A DNA stretch of 63,487 nucleotides, filler included, from Octopus bimaculoides (GCF_001194135.2; 6 parts of 6 records of this genome joined end to end with filler, not necessarily neighbours in it), one strand, 5' to 3'. Counted from the first letter of the whole stretch, positions 38,393-51,862 are shown. Notes: generated from the sequence alone by a model not told the origin. Translations and numbers: made by a program.

Positions 38393-38829
38393 NNNNNNNN
38401 NNNNNNNNNNNNNNNNNNNNNNNNNNNNNNNNNNNNNNNNNNNNNNNNNNNNNNNNNNNNNNNNNNNNNNNNNNNNNNNNNNNNNNNNNNNNNNNNNNNN
38501 NNNNNNNNNNNNNNNNNNNNNNNNNNNNNNNNNNNNNNNNNNNNNNNNNNNNNNNNNNNNNNNNNNNNNNNNNNNNNNNNNNNNNNNNNNNNNNNNNNNN
38601 NNNNNNNNNNNNNNNNNNNNNNNNNNNNNNNNNNNNNNNNNNNNNNNNNNNNNNNNNNNNNNNNNNNNNNNNNNNNNNNNNNNNNNNNNNNNNNNNNNNN
38701 NNNNNNNNNNNNNNNNNNNNNNNNNNNNNNNNNNNNNNNNNNNNNNNNNNNNNNNNNNNNNNNNNNNNNNNNNNNNNNNNNNNNNNNNNNNNNNNNNNNN
38801 NNNNNNNNNNNNNNNNNNNNNNNNNNNNN

Positions 38830-38868
<39 letters not shown>

Positions 38869-38959
38869 GTGTTTATATATATATGTATGTATATACGTGT
38901 ATATATACTTACATATAAATATATATATATATATATATTTGTATTTGTTTGTATTTGTA

Positions 38960-39245
38960 TTTGTGTACCATTTCTCCGTTTCTTTCGTCGTTGTTTTCGT
39001 ATACATTTGCTTGCTTTCTTCCAAGAAATCTAGTGCTCTTAGCTTAGATTTTCTTGGGGCTGGCCAGGTTTGAGCAGTCTCGAGTGTAACCGGCCGAAAC
39101 TGCTGAGAAAATCTGGAACTCGACCGAAGATAGAAAACTCCGAATGACCCGTCCTTGTTTTTTCCTGTCCTTTTTTTTGTATCGTCTAACTGTCCGGATG
39201 TTTAGTGGTCGCTTGTTACGTTCTTGCTCCATTTTTTATTTTCTC
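38960..39245 (+). mobile_element. PLE-like repeat fragment with a decayed hammerhead-like segment (39064-39116)
   Basis: ccaggtt-tgagca-gtc...ggcc-gaaa-ctgctgag-aa-aatctgg, followed by sequence shared with 13838-13916 and 41521-41600. Confidence 0.5.
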
Positions 39246-39846
39246 TTATATATACGCACACACATATATGTTAATATCTATATATGTATATGCTTGTGTG
39301 TACATGTGACTATCAGTCAGTCTATTTCTCTTGGATCACCCGGCTCTCTGTATGTGTGTGTGTGTATGTATGTGTGCGTGTGTGTGTGCATGTGTGTGTG
39401 TATGTGTACTTATATGTATTACATATTTATATCTGTATATGGATGCGTGTATGTGTGCTAAATGAGCTAAACATACCGATTAAGTAAAGTGTAAATCCTG
39501 CATTAATACGCAAGTGAAAATTTACATGCGATGAAAATCTTTCAAACAAGTAGTTAACCCTGGCAACTGTCCTAGGACTAGACAACTTCATTTGTTTTCA
39601 TGCGAATGAACTGTTTTGAAATATAGAATGGCATTATGCTTTTAGCGTTCGTGACTAAAATCGGATCACGTGAACGGTGAATGAAGGATATAAGGCTTTC
39701 TCTTATAAGGCTTTCTCACCATACAACATGGTGACCCAACGGACAAGAAAAATCCAAAGAAAAGAGGAGACACGGAGAACGGAATGTCATCGAAGAGGCC
39801 ACAGAATGTGTGGCAGAAGAACACTGACAAATAAACTAATAATAAT

Positions 39847-40062
39847 GGTTTCAAATTTTGGCAAAAGGACAGCAAATCTGAGGAAGGGTTAAGTCGATTA
39901 CATCGATTCCAGTTTTCAACTGGTACTTATTTTTAAATCGATCTCGAAAGGGATGAAGGGCAAAGTCGCCCTCGACGGAATTTGAACACAGAACGTAAGG
40001 ACGGACGAAGTACCGCTAAGCATTTTGTTCAGCGTGCTAGCAATTCTTTCAGCTCATGCCTT
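39847..40062 (-). mobile_element. CORE-type SINE flanked by AAT/AGT microsatellite
   Basis: gatgaagggcaaagtcgccctcgacggaatttgaacacagaacg. Confidence 0.85.
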
Positions 40063-40073
40063 AAATAAACTAA

Positions 40074-40152
<79 letters not shown>

Positions 40153-40191
40153 CGAATAATAATATTAATAATAATAATAATGATAATCATA

Positions 40192-41519
40192 ATAAATTGA
40201 TCGCTGATCAATTTAATGTATTGATCAATGAAGACGAAGAAATTCCTGTCTTATTGACAAAAGGACGAATGGTGTGCCTGAAGGATACACCAAATCGAAA
40301 TGCTGCTGACAATTACAGACCAATTTCCTGCCTCCCCCCCATTAATGTGGAAGTTACTGTCAGGAGGAATTGCAGAAGAACTGTATGAATTTCTTGATGA
40401 GAACGATATATTACCGACAGGACAAAAAGGCTGTAGAAGGAGATGCATAGGTACCAAAGATCAACTATTGATAGACAAAATGGTAATGCAAGATTGTAAA
40501 CGAAGGAGAACAAATCTGGGAATGACCTGGATTGACTATCGCAAAGCTTATGATATAATTCCACATTCGTGGATCATCGAGTGCTTAGATCTGTTTGGAA
40601 TTGTGAGGAATGTAACGTGTTTACTGAAGAGAAGTATGGTGGGATGGAAAACCGAACTGACATCATACGGAAAAAGCTTGGGCACCCTGGGTATCAGAAG
40701 AGGGATTTTCCAAGGTGATAATCTATTCCGTAGCTTTTTGTTTTCTGCATGATAGCCCTGGCCTTGGTACTTAGAAAAATGAACCTGGGGTACCATATAA
40801 AGGAAAAATCTTAAACAATCAACCACCTCCTCTTAATGGATGATTTGAAACTGTATGGCAAAGATGAGACACATGTGAGTTCCTTGGTGTACACGGTCCA
40901 CTGTTTTAGAATTGATATTAGAATGCAATTTGGACTCAAGAAGTGCGAAATAATCTACTTAAAAAGTGGCAAGGTACAGTCCCTAGCATGGATAGAATTA
41001 CGAAATAAAGACTTGATTAAAAACATACTAGAACGGGAAGATACACATACCTTGGTGTACTACAGTTCAACGAGATAATGGGAAAGGGAATAAAAGAGCA
41101 ACTAAGGATCGAGTATTTCCGAAGACCGAGATTGGTGTTGCGCTCAAAATTGACTGGATGGAATAAAATCCAAGGAGTTAATACGTGGACGATGGAGCGT
41201 TAGATTCTTCAAGGACAACATGTTCAAAAATAACCCCAAAATTTTTACAGGAAGATAGGGAAAATACCAGTTACAGTAAAGTCTGTCCCATTAAAAGAAG
41301 TGCAGGAATTTTGCAATAAAATTTGGGCCGAAGAAAAAACACAATGAAAAGGCCTCTTGGATTGATAGAATATCTACAGACTCCTTAGAAGAGCAAAAGT
41401 GGGAGAGTATCAAGGTAGAGGATGTAAGATCTGCTCTCAAGAGGTCAAGCAAATGGAAGTCTTTAGGAAAGGATAAAATTCCTAACTTCTGGTTGAATGC
41501 CTTCCCGGAGAGACATAAA
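40192..41519 (+). mobile_element. R4-clade RT pseudogene fragment in permuted order (RT core 40192-41190, then pre-RT segment 41191-41519)
   Basis: KLIADQFNVLI...[14 protein letters not shown]...TGQKGCRR...[15 protein letters not shown]...RGIFQGD...MDDLKLY...NKIQGVNTWT, then RFFKDNMFKNNPKIF...KWKSLGKDKIPNFWLNAFPERH. Confidence 0.9.
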
Positions 41520-41690
41520 CCTGTCCTTGTTTTCTTTGTATCGTCTATCTGGATGTTTTGTTGTCCCTTTCTTGTATCATCTAACTGTCTGGATGTTTTG
41601 CGCTCTTGTCCCATTTTGTATTATATATATATATATATATATATATAGCGGCGTACGTACACTTTGTCTCTTATATATATACCTATTCGT

Positions 41691-42063
41691 GGAGGCGCAA
41701 TAGCCCAGTGGTTAAGGCAGCAGACTCGAGGTCATAGGATCGCGGTTTCGATTCCCAAACCGGGCGTTGTGAGTGTTTATTGAGCGAAAACACCTAAAGC
41801 TCTACAAGGCTCCGGCAGGGGATGTTGGCGAACCCTGCTGTACTCTTTCACCAAAACTTTCTCTCACTCTTACTTCTTGTTTTTGTTGTTCCTGTAATTC
41901 AAAGGGTCAGCTGTGTTACGCTGAATATCCCCGAGAACTACGTTAAGGGTACACATGTCTGTGGAGTGCTCAGCCACTTGCACGTTAATTTCATGAGCAG
42001 GCTGCTCCGTTGAACGGATCAACTGGAGCCCTCGACGTCGTAAGTGACGGAGTGCCAACAACA
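41691..42063 (+). mobile_element. tRNA-headed SINE family 3, full length, 14-bp TSD
   Basis: The TSD atatacctattcgt occurs at 41677-41690 and 42064-42077; tRNA-like head ggcgcaatagcccagtggttaaggcagcagactcg...ggtttcgattccc. Confidence 0.92.
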
Positions 42064-42510
42064 ATATACCTATTCGTTTAGATCACCCGTGAACTAAAGC
42101 CCTCATATTTCCTCCCTCTATATATGTATGGATGTTTACACATACATACGCACATTGTCAAATAGATTTTCAAATTCATTCTCTGTAAGAATTCTTTTAT
42201 ATATTTCAACTATTATATGTCCAGACAACTTTATTTACATATAACGTGTGATTACTCAAATAAAAACGAGTTTATTGTTGACCATACTCTCATCAAAAAG
42301 TAACACTTAAAGAAAACGTATTTACATCATTGATTAAAATATTTGATTATATAACTAATTCAAGGAGAGAAACTCAATTAATTCAAAATACTTTCAAAAT
42401 AGCTGCTGGGAAAGCGATTAAAAATATTTTAACTGTATTCACTTTTGGTTGTTTCGCTCAATATTTATCTCTTTCTGTTTCATCTACATAAGTTTCTGGT
42501 GATACCTTCC

Positions 42511-42511
42511 G

Positions 42512-42567
<56 letters not shown>

Positions 42568-42571
42568 GCTG

Positions 42572-42646
<75 letters not shown>

Positions 42647-42665
42647 CTACTACTACTACTACTAA
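42511..42665. repeat. Compound (CTA)n-(CTG)n-(CTA)n microsatellite
   Basis: Direct reading. Confidence 0.95.
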
Positions 42666-42813
42666 TTGTAGTAGAGCAGTTGTTTCTTTAGTTCTTTCTG
42701 TTTTTCATCACTGAGTTACCTGTAAAGCTTGTGGTGTAGACAAGAAACTCTAAGACACTGAAGAGTAAGTTATCTACAACTACTATTCCATGATATGTGC
42801 GTGTGTGTTTATA

Positions 42814-42849
<36 letters not shown>

Positions 42850-42892
42850 TCAACTTTAAATAGAGCTCAAAACTGATCCATTGAAAATACTT

Positions 42893-42960
<68 letters not shown>

Positions 42961-43399
42961 TGACCTATGAACATTTCGATGGAATATCCAGAATGATTAA
43001 TACATATTATAAAATATTATAAAATATTATAAAATATTATAAAATATGGGATACTCCATCTCCTCGGGGTCCCATTATATTGTAAGTATTATTATCATTA
43101 TTAGTAATATACAGCCAATAAAAACATTCAAATCCAATTTTCATAGTTGACCCATGAAAATATACAAACAGGATGAAAAGGTATGAGATGATATACAACC
43201 GTTCATCCATTTAGAGTAACGGGGCCGAGCCGCATCTAAGTAAGAAATTAAGGGTCGTAACACTTGTCTGAGTGGGGTTTCTTTTCTGAATACCTTCTGC
43301 TGCTCAGCTTTCTTGAGAGTTTCTTACCACGAAACTCAATAAATTAAGTATGGTATAAATGCATAAACAAGGTCTCATAAATTACCAGTATTGGAGGAG

Positions 43400-44800
43400 A
43401 AATTACTCCACCAAATATCTTATGGTAAAGTAAATTACACAAGCAAAACAATCCCCTTCCGATCCGACCTTTAATATTTCAGATTATTACATTAGCACAA
43501 AACATCGCTAAACTTTATTATTAAACAATGTATATCAAACACATACAATATATATTAATCCGAAGAATTCCAAAATATCTGAATAGAAGGAGGCAACGTC
43601 TCCACTTTTAACTGTAGAAAAAGAATCTATAAATTAAAGTTCCATTAGCAGAAACCATTACAACTGTTTTAAACAATGATTTCAAACACGCAATAATAAA
43701 TATACTCACAATACTAGCTAATATCATGAAAAATTTACGTAACACAATGAAACATCTATTAGCGCTTTGTAAATGAAAAATGTAGCAGTATCTTAAATGA
43801 AATTTCAGTGTCTATTAAGGAAATTAATGATGCATGAAAAAAGTGAAGTATAGGTTTACATTTTAGGCCTACATTTGCGACGTTTACTATAGAAACCAAT
43901 ATAATTGGCATAATGGAGGCGCTGAAAAATTTAAAGAGGAGATGGTAAAATAACTGCTTATCGAAAAAAATATATATTTACGATGAATGCAATTCCTCCA
44001 TTTTAAGACATAAACATTCTGAAAGAAATAAAAGATAGTTCCTTTTACACCAAAGACACAAATAAATGCATATAATTCTACGGAAACAGCGAATGCATGC
44101 AAGGATGCAAATGTTAGTGGTAAACTGCTTATTTAGAAACGCATTTAAATCCTTTTTCACAAAAGAAGTATTAGATGAAATGATTCACAGAACAGTACAA
44201 GCATCAATAAAAGCGAGAAGAATCAAACGAACAGAGCAAACCACATAACAAAGCAAATATAAATACACAATACTAAATACATAAGACATTGCTCCTATTA
44301 AAAGATACAACTCATACAAACCATTCATAAAATATATTATATAAAAGAAATTGTTGAAAAGTGTTAAATATCACATTATACGGTGCACAAAGGATGTTGT
44401 ACCAAATCATAAGGTAACAACCATAATGTGCTATACACTAAGATGTCTCTATGATCCATAACAAATCACCAACACAAAAATCTATGAACAAGTTGCTAAT
44501 GACCAATATGATTAATAAAATTTTGCAAACATAAAAGTTGTGAACTTCCCAACTGCAACTGTTTATTGGAGATACAACTACGACAACCATCAGCCGGTGA
44601 ACTGAAGCCCCCACTCCACACAGAGGAACACAAAACTAAATAAATAACATTCCTAGATAGCACATATAACCTGTAGAATTCCTCCCATGCCCCACCAAAG
44701 GATACATTACTAGGATTATACTCAAAACACCGCAGCACAATGCTATAATAAATACACAAATGAAAAGCGAAAGGTATATTCCTGACGAATATAATCAACC
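43400..44800 (+). mobile_element. Highly decayed L1/Tx1-like LINE 3' region
   Basis: A-rich strand bias and a fragment YILGLH...ETNIIGIMEALKNLKRRW*NNCLSKK, resembling the post-RT ILG..F...NW...K....W....LS..GK pattern. Many stops. Confidence 0.35.
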
Positions 44801-44958
44801 ATGAAAAGTACAAACTCCGTAGGTAACGGGCAATGCCTGCAGGTAATATAGTAAGACACTGTCCAATACAGGGTGTCTCAGAATTAACAATCTATTTCAG
44901 TGAAATCGGACGCTTCTTTTGAAACTCTCTTTTATTTGTCTTTATCGTGTTTAATATA

Positions 44959-45360
44959 TTCTTTTATTCTTTTAATTGTTTCAGTCATTTAACTGCGGCC
45001 ATGCTGGAGTACTGCCTGAAAAGGTTTCTATTTTAGTCAAAGAAATCGAACCATTTTTTGTAAGCCTAGTACTTATTCTGTCGGTCTCTTTTTCCAAACC
45101 GCTAAGTTACGGGGACGTAAATACACCAACATCAATTGTTAAGCGATGGTGGGGGTGGGGGGTGGGGAAACAGACAGATACACACAAATATATGTACGAC
45201 GAGTTTCTTTCAGTCCTGGTCTTCCAAATCCATTCACAAAGCTTTGGTCGGCCCGAAGTTGTAGTAGAAGACACTTGCCCAAAGTAGCACGCAGTGGGAC
45301 TGAACCCAGAACCATGTGGTTGGGAAGCAAGCTTCTCACCACACAGCCACACCCGCGCCT
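44959..45360 (-). mobile_element. Full-length SINE family 2
   Basis: Reverse complement of the 34157 copy, from head (gtggctgtgtggtgagaagcttgct) to tail. Confidence 0.9.
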
Positions 45361-45515
45361 TTCTGTTAAAATGAATAAATTTTTAATTTTGCAATTTTTA
45401 TAATCCTTTTTAATGNNNNNNNNNNNNNNNNNNNNNNNNNNNNNNNNNNNNNNNNNNNNTTAATTAATTAANNNNNNNNNNNNNNNNNNNNNNNNNNNNN
45501 NNNNNNNNNNNNNNN

Positions 45516-45574
<59 letters not shown>

Positions 45575-47065
45575 GAAAAATGTCTTAAGGTAATATTGAC
45601 TTGCTAATGTATTTCTCTGAAATTGAATTGTTTTGTGCTTCAGAAAGTCTGAATAGTGAGTAGGTAACTACAGGTATGTCTTGTGGCTAACATTGCAGAG
45701 TGATATAAGAAAAGTGCTATTCGAAGACAAGCATTTTCAATCTCCTCCGATTAATAAAATACCAGTATCATCACCATCATTATTGTTGATGTTGCTGCTG
45801 CTGCTGATGATGATGATGACGATCACCTACATCATCACCATCATCGTCAACATTCCTTCAGCTTGCTTCTAATTGTCTTTCTTTTCGTCGCCGTGCCTTT
45901 GCTTGCTTTCTTCACAGTTTGTTTTCATTTCACCATGTGATTCATACTTCAATAAATTTGTTCTTTTAGAATACTCATTTTGTATTCTTGAAAAGAAAAT
46001 AATCAAAGAATGCACAAAAGGAAAAGGAAAGAAAAACACCCTGCGGAATAGAGATGATTTTTTTTTTTTTGTTAAATTTATTTGTTTTGTTTTGGTGTTT
46101 TGTCTTTTTTTTTTGTCTTTTTACTTGGAAAAAATTCAAATTTTACCATTTTTGAAATATTACATTATGTAAATCACATGATCATATTTTTTGTTCTTTC
46201 ATTTTGTTTTGTATATTATTATTTTTTTTACTGCATGGCCAATAGAAATCCTTTATTTGTCAAATTTAAAAGAGAGTATAACATGTGATTGTGTACACGT
46301 ATACACACACACATACATGCACACACAGGTATTCATACACATTTGCACTCACACATTAAAGTAAAAAACAAAAACAAAACCAAAACACCGTTTGTTAAAT
46401 TCACATCCTAACAAAGCCAATGGAATATCTTAATTTGACAAAATTATTATGGACTTTTGATAGTGTTATTGTGGAAGTGTTTCTTTCTTTCTTTTTTTTC
46501 CTTTTTTTTTATTATATTAGAAAATTAATTGATTCTGGTCTGCAAAATAATGTGTCAACAAGAACTGGATAAATTTATCTACTACATTTTAATAATAATT
46601 CTTTTATCACATTCAATACTTTTCCTTTTTTCTTTTAACCTTCTACATAGAATATGGCAATCCATCAGAGATAGTTTTCCTTCTTTTGGGTTTACTTGAA
46701 GAATTTTTCTTTTCCCCTTCTCATTTCTCCTTAAAATATATCTTCACCATATTTTGGAGATTTTTGTAAACCATGTACATTTCACTATATATTTCAATAA
46801 AATTTATTGTGTATTCTCTCCTGTTTGCATTCTTTAAAAGCAATAAACTGGTTGCTTTTTTAATTTTTTTTTGTTTGTTTGTTTTTTTCTTTTTAAAAAG
46901 AGACTACATATTAAGATGCAATTTCTATTAGTGTTTGGTAAGTTAGAAGAATTCTGGTTTTTGCAAGAAAACAACTATTCAAGCAAAGCAATTTCTTAAA
47001 TAAATTCCTTAAATAAACTGCATCACTTAAATATATTATGATATCTTGATTTTTAAAAAAAGTAT

Positions 47066-47100
<35 letters not shown>

Positions 47101-47563
47101 TAAGTAAACAAGCTCAACTTTTCTATTAGCAGATTTCAGAAGTAGTAGTTGTAGTAGTAAAATAACGTGTTTTGATACAAAACATATTTAACTACGTAGC
47201 TAAAGAAACTCAGTGATGAAAAAAGGATGTTTGAAAAGTTTGTTATATAAGCACTCTACAAAGGTACATTAATAAAGTAGGTACTGTCTCCATTTACTAA
47301 AATAGCTTAACAGTATGTTTGACTCATAGGCACACTGCATCCTTATGTGTTATAAATAAGTGACTAGAAGAGTTGACGAACGGAAGGGTATTCAGTTATG
47401 AGGCCCACAATGCTAGCGTCCACTTTGGCTGGGAAAATAACCGTAACTGTTTCATCACCATATTTCGTTTGAAATTCACTGCTTTTGTTTTGATTAATTT
47501 TGAAAATATCGAAGGATTTAGTCAAACAATTTTGACATTATTAAGCTGATGGTTGGATATTAA

Positions 47564-47772
47564 CCCTTGAGCATTTAGATTGCTGTTTCAAATGTAATGC
47601 TTATTTATTCACATTATTTTGGACTAATTTGCCATTATCTTGTAGCTGTGAAATTTTGATCATTTTTTAGAATGATATTGTAGAGTAAGTGTGAGGAACC
47701 ACATCTGGCCTCTTTGAACGTAAATCAGGTAGAATATTTTGGCTGGATTAGGCTGCATTAAAGGCTAAAGGG
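47564..47772. mobile_element. piggyBac-type MITE A1
   Basis: TTAA|cccttgagc...gctaaaggg|TTAA. Confidence 0.8.
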
Positions 47773-47841
47773 TTAAACTGATGTTTGGAACATAAATTAA
47801 CATGAAACTTTGATGAACGGTTTTAATTTAGATTATTTTAA

Positions 47842-48063
47842 CCCCTTTAGCATTCAAACTGGCCATATCAGGCCCAAAATATCCCACCTGTCTTATGTTT
47901 AAACTGGCCAGATCTAGCCTCTCACACCTACCCTACAATATCCTTCTAAAAATAAAGAATCACACCATCAAAATCTCAAAGCTACAAAATAATGCAGGAT
48001 TAATTTAAAACAATGTGAGTAAACAAGGATTATTTTTCACAGAGGAATCTGAGGGCTAAAGGG
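47842..48063. mobile_element. piggyBac-type MITE A2 (same family, inverted relative to A1)
   Basis: TTAA|cccctttagc...gctaaaggg|TTAA; the internal sequence matches the reverse complement of A1. Confidence 0.85.
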
Positions 48064-49628
48064 TTAAAACCGTAAATTTGTATCAGAACACCAGGGATGG
48101 TTTTGGGCGGGTTGGTATCAAAAGGGCCAAAATGTTTTTGTTGTTGTATGTCAGAACAAAGCGATGATCTGATATGTGCTACTTTCAAGACATTTTATTA
48201 AAAAAATAGCTCAAGGTATGGAGAAACCATTTTAAGCTTTTTTTTTTTTTTTTTAACCTTTTTCTTGCCCCTCAAATGAAAGCTAATAATGAAGGTTTGC
48301 CATTTTCTCAGCTTTGTCATTGAGTTTCTAATAGGTTGCTACACTTCACTTCAGATAATAAGACTCATGTAGAGAAATACTGTCTTTTAGTCATTAACTA
48401 ACGTTGAATCTCTTTTTACTTTTGATGTAATACTTTATCTACTGAACTGTGCCAATATTTCTAAATGAAGGCAATTATAGTTATAGTTATTTCAGAATTA
48501 ATTGTTGTCTCGAAATCATCTAACCTTGATGTATGAAATGTCAAGTAGGTAATACTCTTGTCTGTAGAAAAAACAAAACAAACAAAACAAAATAGAAACC
48601 AAATCTTCTTGGAGATGTTATCACCGTTTCTTGTCCTACAACAATAAATCACTCATTTGCTATTATGTTGCAATTATCACATCAGATACTCTCTACCCCA
48701 CTCTTGCATACATTTCTCTGTGTTGGTAGGATTCAGTCAAGGTTACAAATTTGGATTTGTTCCAACAACAAGAGGGAAGTCAAAAATTATCTGCACATTC
48801 ACCAAAACTTTCTTTAGGTTGGCCACATTGCCTTCAGTGCTTACATGTTAAAAAGTGGTACTCTTGTGGTTACTTAACCAAGGTTCCAGAAGTAGGGTAT
48901 GTCAAAAAAAATGATGTAGTTGTTCAAACCCTGCTTTTGTTATAATAAATCACTAAAACAAGAGTGCGTATAATTTTTGACTTACCCTCGCTTTATTATT
49001 TTTACAGCTCTGTGCTCTGCCTTTACATTATGAGTTGGAATTGCAATTATGCTTCCAATGCTGTTTACAAAAGTAAATACGTATGTCTTGTCTGGGAGTA
49101 CATACGTTATAGGTGTTGGTGATATGATTTAAACTTTTAAAATACTGGCAGAAGTATTAGTTACTCTGTGTCGTGTAAGACTAATTATAACTCTCGCACT
49201 GACTTCACTGCTATCTAGAATATGATAACTGTTCCAAAATAAAATTTTCTTCTCATCTCAAACATCCAACATGAAGGAAGAAACTCTATTGTGTCATCTA
49301 GTGCATTCAATCTTCTACCAATATTTTAAATATATGCTATAGTTATCAACAGTGCATTAATGTGGTAATTTTGTACTCTTTGTAAGACTACTTTAAACAA
49401 GATTAATAGCTGATACCTTTGGGTAATATTTCATTAAAATATCCATGTGATCAAAAGATTCAGAATGCGTACTTAGAAGCATTGGTATTCAGCTTTTTAA
49501 CTCTTATAAATAGCCACTTCATCCATGCATACACACACGTGTGCATGTGTTTGTATATAATGTATATATATATATATGGGTTTATATGTATATATATGTG
49601 TGTATACATATATATGTGTATATATATA

Positions 49629-49663
<35 letters not shown>

Positions 49664-50041
49664 GCGTGTNNNNNNNNNNNNNNNNNNNNNNNNNNNNNNN
49701 NNNNNNNNNNNNNNNNNNNNNNNNNNNNNNNNNNNNNNNNNNNNNNNNNNNNNNNNNNNNNNNNNNNNNNNNNNNNNNNNNNNNNNNNNNNNNNNNNNNN
49801 NNNNNNNNNNNNNNNNNNNNNNNNNNNNNNNNNNNNNNNNNNNNNNNNNNNNNNNNNNNNNNNNNNNNNNNNNNNNNNNNNNNNNNNNNNNNNNNNNNNN
49901 NNNNNNNNNNNNNNNNNNNNNNNNNNNNNNNNNNNNNNNNNNNNNNNNNNNNNNNNNNNNNNNNNNNNNNNNNNNNNNNNNNNNNNNNNNNNNNNNNNNN
50001 NNNNNNNNNNNNNNNNNNNNNNNNNNNNNNNNNNNNNNNNN

Positions 50042-50092
<51 letters not shown>

Positions 50093-51084
50093 ATATGATC
50101 ATCTCAAAGGGACATGTATAGCATTGTATAAAATCATTTCTGTTAAAGATGGCTAGTATATTTCAAGTAGTAATTTAATTGTTTCTTGTAAATGTACATA
50201 ATAAATAAGAGCAGTATCTTCCCAATCACTTAAGAACATGTAGTATATATGTATGGCCCATGCTTAAGGGGTTAATAAATGGTTGCCGAAACTATAAAAC
50301 ATTTAAATATTTGAAAATATTTGCTTTATCAGTGAAATATTGGCAAGAACTGGACAAACGACAAAGTGCATTTGCTTATTGTTAATTTAGAACACAAAAA
50401 GCATTCAGCTCTAAATTTTACTTTATTGGCGTACTTAGACTATTTGCAGTTTTGCATCTGTGAGATGTAGAACCTATTAATAGAGATTCTACTGTAAAAT
50501 TATGAATATTTTATGGGCAATGAGGAAAGTAATAAATATAACAATATCTTCATATAAAGTAGGTCACTTTACTTACTCGTTCACAAATCTTCTACAGAAA
50601 ATAGCAAACATGAGAAAGAAGAAAATATATTAGAAGATGAAAATAGTGAAAATAGGCTTCTCTGAAATTCTAGCAGTTTAATATCCATCTCAAGGATTGG
50701 CCTCACTCAGTATCTAATTCTTCATTTATTTAACAGTATGATATTTCAGTATAGAAGAGTGACTATGTTAGGTTTTTGATCCATTCAGAGTTTGGCTAAT
50801 CCCTTATCCATTCAAGGAAAAAAAAAAAAAAAATTTAGACATGTGTCCGTCCATCCAGGTGTAAGTTTGTGTGTGTCTGTGTATCTCTCTTTTTCCCCTC
50901 TGCTGCCTGCCATCCCCCTCCCCTCCATCTTTTTTCTACAAAAACTTGTTTATAATAATTGAAGCTGTAACCCACCACATCATTTCAAAATTGATTATAC
51001 TGATGATGATGATGATGACGACGACAACCACGACCACAATGACGATGACTTCCATGCTATATATAACTTCTGTATATCACTGGC

Positions 51085-51362
51085 ATTAGCACAACCATCA
51101 CTTCTGCTGGTTTTATGTCCTGAGTTCAAATATTGTCGAGGTCGTCTTTGCCTTTTGTCCTTTTTGGGGTCTGTAAAATAAGTACCAGTTGAGTACTGGG
51201 GTTGATGTAAATAACTATCCCCCTACCCCCAAAATTGCAGGCATTGTGCCTATAGTAGAAAGGGTTATTATCACCATTTAAGATGTTTTTCACAGTACCC
51301 AATATCAGGATGTTGTTGACTGAAGATATTGTATCTACAGGGAAGGGGGTGGGGGTACTGCC

Positions 51363-51393
<31 letters not shown>

Positions 51394-51602
51394 ATTAAGG
51401 GAGAGAGCTGGTGGAATTGTTACCATGCTGGGCAAAATGCTCAGAGGCATTTCATCCATCTTTACATTCTGAGTTCAAATTCTGCTGGGGTCAACTTCAC
51501 CTTTCATCCTTTCAGAGTCAATGAAATAGGTACTAGTTACACACTAGAGTTGACTAGCCCTCTCCCCACCAAAATTCAGGCCATGTGCTTATAGTACACA
51601 AG

Positions 51603-51603
<1 letters not shown>
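51085..51603 (+). mobile_element. Two CORE-type SINE copies (51085-51263; 51397-51603)
   Basis: tgagttcaaat...gtcaacttcacctttcatcc; separated by (GTT)n. Confidence 0.85.
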
Positions 51604-51635
<32 letters not shown>

Positions 51636-51862
51636 GAGTGAGAGAGCAGTGCATGCCATCAAAGTGACACTGGTGTACAAATATACGAAGCCCATTATAC
51701 CCATCATGACTACCCGTCTGATAAGGGTACACCAGGCACATACATCACAGCCATATGTGCGCGACATGGTGATCTCATATCAAGATAAGCCGTGCATGAC
51801 CTTGTAGGTGGGGCCCAGTTAGAATTTTATTCAGGTCAAGTAGCCATCCCGCTCAAAAGGTT
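51636..51862 (-). mobile_element. About 225-bp retroposon 3'-end fragment flanked by (AAT)n on both sides
   Basis: On the minus strand: (AAT)n-ccttttgagcggg...gcactgctctctcactc-(AAT)n. Non-coding, no TIRs. Confidence 0.6.

Noticed and set aside
41691-41765. tRNA gene
   Set aside because: The tRNA-like sequence is the head of a SINE with TSDs and lacks a proper acceptor stem; the same holds for 34157, 37511 and 60205.
43004-43046. (ATATTATAAA)x4, resembling a matrix-attachment/unwinding motif
   Set aside because: A simple 10-bp slippage repeat in AT-rich DNA; no functional evidence.
48730-49066. Possible plus-strand exon pair (ag|GATTCA...GTAGG|gtatgt; tttacag|CTCTGT...AAAA|gtaaat)
   Set aside because: The phases are compatible but the peptide is unrecognisable; such sites are expected by chance in AT-rich DNA.
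50597-50664. Acidic terminal-exon-like frame ENSKHEKEENILEDENSENRLL*
   Set aside because: Short, purine-rich low complexity, and it cannot be linked to upstream exons.
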